Assembly (NCBI GenBank): GCA_016745055.1 | Contig: JADGDF010000005.1 | Span: 489 to 64,488 of the forward strand | DNA from: Thiotrichaceae bacterium | GTDB lineage: Bacteria; Pseudomonadota; Gammaproteobacteria; Beggiatoales; Beggiatoaceae | DNA: 64,000 nt | Direction of reading: 5' to 3' | Shown here: one piece after another, positions 20,301-27,716 of the stretch | How positions within the stretch are numbered: position 1 is the first letter of the stretch | Layout: each line of letters begins with the position of its first letter | The notes under the pieces: generated by a model | Seen by the model: only the letters and a program-made list of their open reading frames with translations | Database searches by the model: none | Told to the model about the DNA's origin: nothing | Translations under genes and position numbers: made by a program

Positions 20301-20627
20301 CTAGAAGACCCATCTCAACACTACTATCGATTTTTAGGTAAAGTACGTGTTAAAGGTAAACAGGAAGCAGTACATGTGTTTGAAATTTTAGACTCAGAAC
20401 CAGAAGACATACTAAATAAAAAGATTGCACTTGAAACAGCTTTTAATCAAGCGCTTGATACTTACTATCAACAACAATTTAAAAAAGCAGCAAAACAATT
20501 TCAAAAAATTTTAGCAGAGCTTCCTCAAGATAAGGCGGCCACTTTTTATTTTGAACGTTGTGACCATTATTTAAAACAAGGCATTTCAGGAAATTGGGAA
20601 GGTGTTGAAGCATTGACTGAGAAGTAA
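17316..20627 (+). CDS. Hybrid sensor: TM-periplasmic (Cache-like) domain-TM-HAMP-HisKA-HATPase-REC-class III adenylate/guanylate cyclase-TPR-like tail
   Basis: 1103-aa ORF. Two TM segments flank a ~270-aa extracytoplasmic region. H-box SNTSHELRTPLNGIMG. N/G boxes HNLISNAIKFT, DTGVGI, GGTGLGLSITK. REC ILIVDDDPINL...LLDIMMPKMSGFE...KP. Cyclase AILFVDIRSFT, KYIGDAVMALF, IGIHVGTLMLGTIG, SDAVNLASRLE. Confidence 0.85.
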   Translation: MTTSNSLKERKNNKQLCYVPLKYTLMGSFLLLIIPILIAISYSNYVNAKNDLEHAYTFLQKQTENNILNAIKLVNSGHKVLSKFLDKEMEDAFVVFTAAYIVANNNPDKMNLQALKKHLGGKMDLYLISPEGIVKYTTYAKDLGLDLKKWPDVYQRLNEALQKDEYVDGGLATEARTGKIRKFSYKSAPDHKYLLELGVSFDQLSDLVGELDLVQITRRLKGLNPSLTNIKIFSRHGHALGLLNYKPTQEILHIINEVYENQGVHLIEDESKQRQIQYIFVNLKDNSNNSSSDASKVIELTYTTRLIDDSLKRTAAFHLVLSVIAIVLSIIFTFFIAAWLTTPIIKIVHSVNIIAQGDLEHPIEVETNNELKLLKQSISIMVDSMLSNIKKIKQKNIELNELDKLKDDFLSNTSHELRTPLNGIMGIAESMIDGAAGKLPEKAIENLSMIVFSGKRLSNLVNDILDFSKLKHKNLDLQIKPISIKVLVDIVMILSKPLVGKKEITLINLIKDDPLVDADENRLQQIFHNLISNAIKFTEFGSVEVYAKIHEQVLEITVADTGVGIPSDKLHNVFLPFEQADSSISREYGGTGLGLSITKQLIELHGGQINIQSTKGIGTKIYFSLPLSQAAEAQYTQDMNQVLARVHETAHTLKTDTEEMPIEMERTLLVQESEEDNKLLVATDKIFSEDDLHILIVDDDPINLQVLENQLSLENYKTTRAANGDEALVAIRSGTSFVIVLLDIMMPKMSGFEVCRIIRETHPANQLPVIMLTAKNQVSNLVEGLNAGANDYLTKPFSKGELITRIKTHVQLARVNIAYSNFVPLEFLHLLEKESIIDVKLGDHVQKYMAILFVDIRSFTTLSESMTPKENFDFINAYLGRVSPVIRKYCGFIDKYIGDAVMALFPNSPDNAVQAAIEIHKQLHKFNKERVEGHLQPIKIGIGIHVGTLMLGTIGEEKRMEGTVISDAVNLASRLEGLTKMYGASILISGEVLMELEDPSQHYYRFLGKVRVKGKQEAVHVFEILDSEPEDILNKKIALETAFNQALDTYYQQQFKKAAKQFQKILAELPQDKAATFYFERCDHYLKQGISGNWEGVEALTEK

Positions 20628-20707
20628 GAAATCAGTTAAATTTATAATAACCACAAACAACTCAACTTTTATTCATTTACATGGTTAAACCTAAATAAGG
20701 AATCATT

Positions 20708-22486
20708 GTGAACCACTCAACAAGATTTATGCTCATTTATTTAAGTAGTTTACCATTTTTACTAGGCAATGCATTTGCCTATACGCCAGGAAGTAGTCCT
20801 TTTCCTCTGGACAGAGGCGAAGAATTAGCCCCAAAAACACCAGAAAGATCGGTACTTCCCTTACCTGAACTACCTTCTTTACCTAAGGAAGTAGATAGTA
20901 TTTCATCGGTAGCTAACATTTATGTTAATCGGTTTGAATTAGAATTTCAAGGCAAAGAAACCAGTCAAACATTTGATATTAATGAACTTCGAGCCGTGAC
21001 TGCGCCTTATGAAAGAAGATTAATTTCTGCAGAAGAATTACAGGAAGTCAAAAACAAAATTACGCTTTTTTACATCAATAATGGTTATATTAACTCAGGT
21101 GCAATTATTCCTGACCAACCTGTTGGTGCTGATAAAGTGGTCAAACTCATTGTGATTGAAGGACAACTTAAAGAAGTCAATGCAATTGTCAAAAATATTG
21201 ATGGTGGAATGGGTTGGTTACGAAATGACTACGTCAAAAGTCGTTTAAAATTGGGAGACAATGCTTTAGATATTAATGCGCTTCAAGAAAAGCTACAACT
21301 TTTACAGCAAAATCCTTTAATCAAACGTATTAATGCGGAATTAGGTCCTGGTATTCGTTTGGGCGAAGGAATATTGAATATAGGCGTTGTAGAAGCTAGG
21401 CCCTGGGAATTTGGTTTTAAGTTTAATAACCATCGATCACCAAGTGTTGGTGCCTATCGCGGGGAAATTGATTTTAGCCATCGTAACATCACGGGTTGGG
21501 GAGACAGTATTTACGCTCGTGTTGGTTTGACTGAAGGTTTGAAGGATTATACCTTTAACTATACGCTCCCACTTAATCGTTATGACACTACCTTATCTTT
21601 ATTGCTGGAAAAAAGTGACTCTGAAGTGGTGTCCGAACCCTTTAAACAACTTGATGTAGAAAGTGAAGCGGATACGTATGCCTTAACCTTGCGACATCCA
21701 CTCATTAAAACACCTAATCAAGAACTAGGTATTTCTCTAAAGGCTGAAAAACGCACCAGTAAAACGTATTTATTGGGTAGACCCTTCTCATTTTCTCCAG
21801 GTGTTGTCGATGGAGAAAGCGATCTTTCAGTACTGCGCTTTATTCAAGATTGGTTGAAACGCGGTTCAAACCAAGTGTTAGCAGCCCGTTCAAGTTTTAA
21901 TTTAGGCATTGATGCTTGGGACTCTACTATTCATGAGGATAATTTTTCTCCTGACAGCCATTTCTATTCTTGGTTAGGCCAGTTTCAATGGGTGAAACGT
22001 TTAGATACTTGGGTAGACTTTCTTGACAGCAAAATGTTAAGAGATACACAAATCATCTTCCGCACAGATATGCAATTTTCCAAAGAAGCGCTGTTACCTT
22101 TGGAAAAATTTTCAATTGGGGGGGCATCAACGGTACGTGGCTATCGTGAAAATTTCTTGACTCGAGACAATGGTTTGATTGCTTCGTTAGAAATGAGAAT
22201 TCCAGTTTATAAATATTCACCTCTGAGTGATGACCCAGAAGATGGCGTATTGGAAATTGCCCCTTTTATTGATTATGGTAATTCATGGAACAGTGATAAG
22301 GCAACCACACCTACTCCAAGAGATATTACGGGTACAGGCATTGGCTTACGTTGGTCAGTGACGAAATACTTGTTTGCAGAAACTTATTGGGCTAAGAATC
22401 TGAGGGATATTCAAGACCCTGAAGACAGTGACTTACAAGATAAAAGTGTACACTTTGAAGTTAGATTGAAATTTCCCTTTGAATAG
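20708..22486 (+). CDS. ShlB/FhaC/HecB-family two-partner-secretion outer-membrane transporter (TpsB)
   Basis: 592-aa ORF. Signal peptide. POTRA region (IYVNRFELEFQG..., IVIEGQLKEV). C-terminal barrel with FSIGGASTVRGY and a terminal aromatic (F-P-F-E). GTG start. Confidence 0.75.
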   Translation: MNHSTRFMLIYLSSLPFLLGNAFAYTPGSSPFPLDRGEELAPKTPERSVLPLPELPSLPKEVDSISSVANIYVNRFELEFQGKETSQTFDINELRAVTAPYERRLISAEELQEVKNKITLFYINNGYINSGAIIPDQPVGADKVVKLIVIEGQLKEVNAIVKNIDGGMGWLRNDYVKSRLKLGDNALDINALQEKLQLLQQNPLIKRINAELGPGIRLGEGILNIGVVEARPWEFGFKFNNHRSPSVGAYRGEIDFSHRNITGWGDSIYARVGLTEGLKDYTFNYTLPLNRYDTTLSLLLEKSDSEVVSEPFKQLDVESEADTYALTLRHPLIKTPNQELGISLKAEKRTSKTYLLGRPFSFSPGVVDGESDLSVLRFIQDWLKRGSNQVLAARSSFNLGIDAWDSTIHEDNFSPDSHFYSWLGQFQWVKRLDTWVDFLDSKMLRDTQIIFRTDMQFSKEALLPLEKFSIGGASTVRGYRENFLTRDNGLIASLEMRIPVYKYSPLSDDPEDGVLEIAPFIDYGNSWNSDKATTPTPRDITGTGIGLRWSVTKYLFAETYWAKNLRDIQDPEDSDLQDKSVHFEVRLKFPFE

Positions 22487-22503
22487 CTAGTATATCAATC
22501 TGA

Positions 22504-22541
22504 AAAGCCCCATCTATGACTACTTTTGGGGCTTTTACTTA
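22504..22541. terminator. Hairpin between convergent tpsB and SCO1 genes (likely bidirectional terminator)
   Basis: aaagcccca(22504-22512)...tggggcttt(22527-22535), followed by a T-rich tract on the + strand. Confidence 0.6.
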
Positions 22542-22542
22542 T

Positions 22543-23271
22543 TTATAGCGCATCACGGCCCTGAATAAATGTTCGTTTGGGAGGACCTGGTAAAATGCAA
22601 CATTCTTCAGCATAAAATTCGCGTATTTTGATAAAATCTTCTGCAATTTCACTGGGTGTGTGGGGAGCTAAAAAATTTGCCCGTAACCGCCCCAAAGGAT
22701 CAATGAGTAGCACAGAGGCACTGTGATCAACCAAATAATCATCTCCATTTGGTACACGGTTATAAGCAATGCCTAAAGGGTGGGAAAGCGTTTTAATTTG
22801 GTCTTTATCGCCTGTTACGCCAATAAATTTACGATTAAAATAACGAAGATACTCGCCTAACTGTGTAATGTCATCTCTTTCTGGATCAACGCTGACAAAG
22901 ACAAATTGCGTATTTGATAATACCTGTTTATCCTCTAATAATTGGTAGACTTGATTTAACATATTTAAGGTGACAGGACAAATATCTGGACAGTAAGTAT
23001 AGCCAAAAAATAAAAATGTCCAATGTCGATTAAAGTTATTAGGCGTAAATTCACCACCATAATGAGTCGTTAAACTGACTTCAGAAACAGGAATAGGCTG
23101 TGATAAAAGCACAGTAAATTGATGTAGAGATAAAGGAGAAGCAGGTAGATGAATATTACTTTTAGGATTGACTAAATAACCAATCTCCAACCCAATTAAT
23201 AAAGCAAAACTACCCACAACGAATAATAATATAATAATATGTGGCTTTGAAAAGGTCTTTGAAGTTTGCAT
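22543..23271 (-). CDS. SCO1/SenC-family copper chaperone / thiol-disulfide oxidoreductase
   Basis: 242-aa ORF. N-terminal TM anchor, FGYTYCPDICP (CxxxC) motif, downstream conserved His (VDHS). Confidence 0.85.
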   Translation of the reverse strand: MQTSKTFSKPHIIILLFVVGSFALLIGLEIGYLVNPKSNIHLPASPLSLHQFTVLLSQPIPVSEVSLTTHYGGEFTPNNFNRHWTFLFFGYTYCPDICPVTLNMLNQVYQLLEDKQVLSNTQFVFVSVDPERDDITQLGEYLRYFNRKFIGVTGDKDQIKTLSHPLGIAYNRVPNGDDYLVDHSASVLLIDPLGRLRANFLAPHTPSEIAEDFIKIREFYAEECCILPGPPKRTFIQGRDAL

Positions 23272-23499
23272 AAATATGCCAATGTAACGCTATAAATTTG
23301 AATAGAAATAAACAGTCTACCAACATTTTAAATTTTTAGCATTAGTCTTGTGGTTTTGTCTGTTACTAGGTAATATATTTTAATTTTCTATTATTCTAAT
23401 TTATCTCGCCCAGCCAAAATATTTAAAAGTAGCTTTTGAGAGAGTGATGTTGTATCTTATATCTAGATTTTCAAATCGCTTTTTTATTACTGTGTACCC

Positions 23500-24189
23500 A
23501 TGAATACTCCCGCTTTTGAATTAAAAGGTAATTTACTTACTTTAATGGTACTCAAAGTACTAGAAGGTAATGAAGAAAAAATTGCAACACAGTTATTACA
23601 AAAAATTCAGCAAGCGCCAGATTTATTCAAACAAGCGCCTTTAGTGATTGATTTACAAGCGATGCCAGTAGAAGCACCACTAGATTTGGTCAATTTAGTC
23701 AAACTTGTGCGTAATCATCAACTTATGCCAGTTGCAATTCGTGGCGGTAACGAACATTATAAACAAATAGCCTTAAGCTTATCTTTAGGTATATTACCTG
23801 AAACGAAACCAAAACCAACACCTGCTAAAGCATCTACACCCCCAACTTTGACTGATAAAATTGTCATTCAACCCGTTCGTTCTGGGCAACAGATGGTGGC
23901 TCCCCAAGGAGATTTGGTCATCTTATCGACGGTTAATCCTGGGGCTGAAGTATTAGCCCATCGTCATATTCATATTTATGGCACCTTAAGAGGAAGAGCT
24001 TTAGCAGGGGCTAATGGCGATGAACAAGCACGTATTTTTTGCCAAAATTTAGATGCAGAATTAGTGTCTGTAGCAGGCCATTACCAAATTAGTGAGGAAA
24101 TAAAAGAAGACGTTCGGAAAAAGCCAGTACAGATTTATATTGACTCAGAAGGGAAACTGAAAATAGAAATATTACCTCATTTCCGCTAA
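23500..24189 (+). CDS. minC: Septum site-determining protein MinC
   Basis: 229-aa ORF directly upstream of minD-minE. C-terminal beta-helix motif RSGQQ...GDLVILS.VN.GAEV.A...IHIYG.LRG.A.AG. Confidence 0.85.
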   Translation: MNTPAFELKGNLLTLMVLKVLEGNEEKIATQLLQKIQQAPDLFKQAPLVIDLQAMPVEAPLDLVNLVKLVRNHQLMPVAIRGGNEHYKQIALSLSLGILPETKPKPTPAKASTPPTLTDKIVIQPVRSGQQMVAPQGDLVILSTVNPGAEVLAHRHIHIYGTLRGRALAGANGDEQARIFCQNLDAELVSVAGHYQISEEIKEDVRKKPVQIYIDSEGKLKIEILPHFR

Positions 24190-24300
24190 AATTCACCAAC
24201 TAAATCAAACAAAAATTTGAGAAATGCATGCATAATGTACTAAACTTCACGTTTTAGTAAGTTTCTCTTGATAAAATTATCTTAAAAACAGGGGATAAGA

Positions 24301-25110
24301 TTGGCAAAAGTGATCGTGGTCACCTCTGGCAAAGGGGGCGTCGGAAAAACAACAACCAGTGCTGCAATTGCAACTGGATTGGCCTTGCGAGGTTTAAAAA
24401 CCGTCGTGGTTGACTTTGATGTCGGTTTACGTAATCTTGATTTAATTATGGGTTGTGAACGACGTGTCGTTTATGATTTTGTAAATGTGATAAATGGTGA
24501 AGGTAATCTCAACCAGGCATTGATTAGAGATAAACGTGTTGAAGATTTATTTATTTTGCCCGCTTCCCAAACGCGTGATAAAGATGCTTTAACTAAAGAA
24601 GGCGTGATTGAAGTGATGGGTAACCTCAAAGAGCGTTTTGACTACGTTATTTGTGATTCTCCCGCAGGTATTGAACATGGTGCAATCATGGCAATGTATT
24701 TTGCGGATGAAGCCATTATCGTTACTAATCCTGAAGTCTCCTCAGTGCGTGATTCAGACCGAATTATTGGCATGTTAGCCAGTAAAACCTATCGTGCTAT
24801 TGAAGGCAAAACGCCCATTAAAGAACATTTATTAATTACGCGCTATGCACCTAAACGCGTCACTATTGGCGATATGTTAAGCGCTGATGATGTACAGGAA
24901 ATTCTTGCTATTCCAATGTTAGGGATTATTCCTGAATCACAAGCCGTTTTACAAGCTTCTAACTCAGGTGTACCCATCACCTTAGATGACAAAAGCGATG
25001 CAGGGCAAGCCTATTTAGATGTGGTAGCCCGATTTTTGGGCGAAGATCGTCCATTACGTTTTATTGATAATAAAAAAGGGTTTTTAACGCGCTTCTTTGG
25101 TGGACATTAG
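24301..25110 (+). CDS. minD: Septum site-determining ATPase MinD
   Basis: [18 protein letters not shown] deviant Walker A. C-terminal amphipathic membrane-targeting helix [13 protein letters not shown] start preceded by AGGGGA. Confidence 0.95.
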   Translation: MAKVIVVTSGKGGVGKTTTSAAIATGLALRGLKTVVVDFDVGLRNLDLIMGCERRVVYDFVNVINGEGNLNQALIRDKRVEDLFILPASQTRDKDALTKEGVIEVMGNLKERFDYVICDSPAGIEHGAIMAMYFADEAIIVTNPEVSSVRDSDRIIGMLASKTYRAIEGKTPIKEHLLITRYAPKRVTIGDMLSADDVQEILAIPMLGIIPESQAVLQASNSGVPITLDDKSDAGQAYLDVVARFLGEDRPLRFIDNKKGFLTRFFGGH

Positions 25111-25111
25111 T

Positions 25112-25396
25112 ATGAGTTTTTTCGATTATTTTCGCTTATCTCGACAACAAAGCTCGGCAAAAGTCGCCAAAGAGCGTTTACAAATTATCGTTGCGCATGA
25201 ACGCGGTGAGCGTCGTGGTGGCTACCCTGATTATTTACCAAAATTACAAAGAGAGTTGTTGGAAGTTGTCAGGAAGTATGTGGCCATTAGCGATGATCAG
25301 ATTAAAGTGCAGGTCGAAAAAGATGGTGACTATGAAATTCTAGAATTAAACATCACACTACCTGAAGTAGAACAACGTACTAAAGACAATCCCTAG
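25112..25396 (+). CDS. minE: Cell division topological specificity factor MinE
   Basis: MSFFDYFR...[18 protein letters not shown] 1 nt after the minD stop. The track start at 25097 overlaps minD and is unlikely. Confidence 0.9.
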   Translation: MSFFDYFRLSRQQSSAKVAKERLQIIVAHERGERRGGYPDYLPKLQRELLEVVRKYVAISDDQIKVQVEKDGDYEILELNITLPEVEQRTKDNP

Positions 25397-25449
25397 TCGT
25401 TGGCTCCCGCCTATTTTTCTCCAGTTTATCATCGTAGAAGGAAAATATT

Positions 25450-25974
25450 ATGTTTAATTGGTTTAGAAAGAAATTACCTGAACCAGAGTCCAAAATTGTA
25501 AATCCGCGCATACCTAAAGCCTTGCCGAAAAAAACTTCAAAGTTAGTTGGAAATGTTAAATATAATTCTAAGCTGGTGGGACAACTCACCAGTGACATGA
25601 AAAAAATTATGGAAGGTTACGCAGAAATATTACATATATTAAGCAATAAAGATTTTTCTCAAATACCTCAAAGGCTTAGGCAATTTACAGCTGATTTAAA
25701 AGCCCATATATTTAGAGAAGAAATAGAGCTTTACTCTTACTTAGAAAAAATCTTTGCGTCTGATGAACAAACATTAGAAAATATTAATAAAATTAAACAA
25801 GAAGTTGATGATATTGTCGAACAAATAGTTAATTTTATGAACCATTATGAAGAACTAGACTCAGATAAATCTTATATATTTAAAGCAGAATTTGAAGCAG
25901 TGGGAGAGATTTTAAATACTCGGTTTAGCAGAAAAGAAGAAATTTTATATACAATGTACACTTTATATAAATAA
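25450..25974 (+). CDS. Hypothetical protein (weak hemerythrin-like helix pattern)
   Basis: 174-aa [23 protein letters not shown] loosely recalls hemerythrin/HHE cation-binding helices. Not secure. Confidence 0.35.
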   Translation: MFNWFRKKLPEPESKIVNPRIPKALPKKTSKLVGNVKYNSKLVGQLTSDMKKIMEGYAEILHILSNKDFSQIPQRLRQFTADLKAHIFREEIELYSYLEKIFASDEQTLENINKIKQEVDDIVEQIVNFMNHYEELDSDKSYIFKAEFEAVGEILNTRFSRKEEILYTMYTLYK

Positions 25975-26069
25975 AGCTAAGTAGGTATACAATATTTGAT
26001 TGCTCATACAAATTTTACGCTCCAACGCGCATTATTCTTTCATTTTCCATTCATTTTACAAAAATCACT

Positions 26070-27152
26070 ATGTCCCAAACTATTGCAATTTTACCAGGAG
26101 ATGGCATCGGTCCAGAAATTGTCGCCGAAGCAAAAAAAGTATTACATGCTTTAAAATCAGCAGGATTAACCATTGAATTAGATGAAGCTTTGGTCGGTGG
26201 TGCTGCAATTGATGCCACGGGTAAACCTTTACCTGATGATACATTGGCTTTGGCCAAAGCAGCAGATGCAGTTTTACTGGGTGCGGTGGGTGGGCCCAAA
26301 TGGGAGCCTCTTGACATTGCTATTCGCCCAGAAAAAGGTTTACTGGGTTTGCGGGCAGGCTTAAATTTATTTGCAAATTTAAGACCCGCCATATTGTATC
26401 CTGAGCTAGCAAATGCCTCAACATTGAAAGCTGATGTGGTTGCTGATTTAGATATTTTAATTGTGCGTGAACTCACAGGTGGCATTTATTTTGGCCAGCC
26501 CCGAGGTATTCGCACCAATGGGAAGGGTGAACAAGAAGGGTTTAATACCCTTATCTATTCTGAAAGTGAAATTGAGCGTATTGCCAGAGTTGGATTTGAA
26601 AGTGCGCAAAAGCGGCAAAAACGTTTATGTTCCATTGACAAAGCTAATGTATTAGAAGCCACTGAATTTTGGCGCAATGTGGTCACACGCGTTGGTAAGG
26701 ACTATCCAGAGGTTGAACTGTCTCATATGTATGTTGACAATGCAGCCATGCAGTTAGTTCGCAATCCCAAGCAATTTGACGTGATGGTTACCACCAATAT
26801 GTTTGGAGATATCTTGTCAGATTTGGCCTCCATGTTGACAGGGTCCATTGGCATGTTACCTTCTGCCTCATTAGATGCTAATAACAAAGGTATGTATGAA
26901 CCCATTCACGGTTCTGCACCCGATATTGCTGGTCAAAATAAAGCTAATCCTTTAGCCACTATTTTATCCGTTGCCATGATGTTACGTTATAGCTTAAACC
27001 AAGCAAAATTTGCTGATTTAATTGAAGCAGCAGTAAAACAAGTATTAGCCAACGGTTTACGGACCTCTGACATTCAAGAATCAGGCCAGAAAACAGTCAG
27101 TACTGTTGAAATGGGTGATGCAGTGGTAGTTGCCTTACAGGCAAGTTTATAA
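26070..27152 (+). CDS. leuB: 3-isopropylmalate dehydrogenase
   Basis: [54 protein letters not shown]. Confidence 0.95.
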   Translation: MSQTIAILPGDGIGPEIVAEAKKVLHALKSAGLTIELDEALVGGAAIDATGKPLPDDTLALAKAADAVLLGAVGGPKWEPLDIAIRPEKGLLGLRAGLNLFANLRPAILYPELANASTLKADVVADLDILIVRELTGGIYFGQPRGIRTNGKGEQEGFNTLIYSESEIERIARVGFESAQKRQKRLCSIDKANVLEATEFWRNVVTRVGKDYPEVELSHMYVDNAAMQLVRNPKQFDVMVTTNMFGDILSDLASMLTGSIGMLPSASLDANNKGMYEPIHGSAPDIAGQNKANPLATILSVAMMLRYSLNQAKFADLIEAAVKQVLANGLRTSDIQESGQKTVSTVEMGDAVVVALQASL

Positions 27153-27160
27153 TTAGTTAG

Positions 27161-27194
27161 TAGGATGTGTTGAACAATGTGAAACACATCTACA
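27161..27194. repeat. Hairpin repeat, family TAGGRTGYGTT...CACMYCTACA, copy 2 (terminator-like position)
   Basis: taggatgtgttgaacaatgtgaaacacatctaca, stem GATGTGTT/AACACATC, 9 nt after the leuB stop. Aligns with 3631-3663. Confidence 0.6.
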
Positions 27195-27219
27195 ATCAAT
27201 TGACATGTTCAACAAGTTA

Positions 27220-27276
27220 GACTGGGTTTATAATCCTGCTGGCAACGTTTGGAAGCAAGTTACAAACCTGCTTCCG
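27220..27276 (-). repeat. About 55-nt structured intergenic repeat (GCAGGTTTGTAAC family), copy 2, inverted
   Basis: The reverse complement cggaagcaggtttgtaacttgcttccaaacgttgccagcaggattataaaccc aligns with copies at 222-274 and 35846-35899. Contains stem GGAAGCA/TGCTTCC. Confidence 0.7.
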
Positions 27277-27367
27277 CTAACTCCACTTTTGGCGCAGGAA
27301 TAATCATTAAATGTTCTAAATAAAATTCTAAATCATAGATAATGATAGCCAAATTATCTAATTTTGC

Positions 27368-27652
27368 TTGCGCCATGAGCATATAAGTTTGGTCGAACAA
27401 AGTAGCATCTTGCTAGGAAAAGTTGATAAACGTATTGAACCTCAAGGGGATCAGGCTGTGAAAATAACCATTGATAAAGCTAGTTTTACTCAATTGATGA
27501 AATGGTTAAGACAGTTATACAATCAGCAGGAGGTTGATGTACGTCAAATTCATATCGAAAAACAAAAAGAGCCGGGCATTATCAGTGTTCGCCATTTGAC
27601 TATGACAGTCCTAAATACACTCCAAAATCATACTGCATTCTATATTCTCTAA
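27368..27652 (+). pseudogene. GspM-like (type II secretion protein M) C-terminal fragment
   Basis: 94-aa ORF, TTG start immediately after an in-frame TAA. EPQGDQAVKITIDKASFTQLMKWLRQLYNQQEVDVRQIHIEKQKEPGIISVRHL resembles the GspM periplasmic domain pattern (Q/EP.G...V.V.L..V.F..L..WL..L......V..L.I.R....G.V.V..L). The N-terminal TM part is missing. Confidence 0.45.
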
Positions 27653-27716
27653 TACATGAGTGTCATACATAGTTGCTCTTCATAGCTTAGTTTTGGAGGG
27701 TTTCCTTACCTTCTTC

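Noticed and set aside
26051-26485. 144-aa ORF antisense to leuB, and similar antisense or shadow ORFs (for example 51587-52201 and 51053-51337 in infB, 18380-18784 in the sensor kinase, 53913-54758 in nusA, 35077-35289 in hemC, 2672-2938 in the REC gene)
   Set aside because: All are fully embedded opposite strongly supported conserved genes. They have low-complexity Ser/Pro/Ala-rich translations typical of antisense frames.
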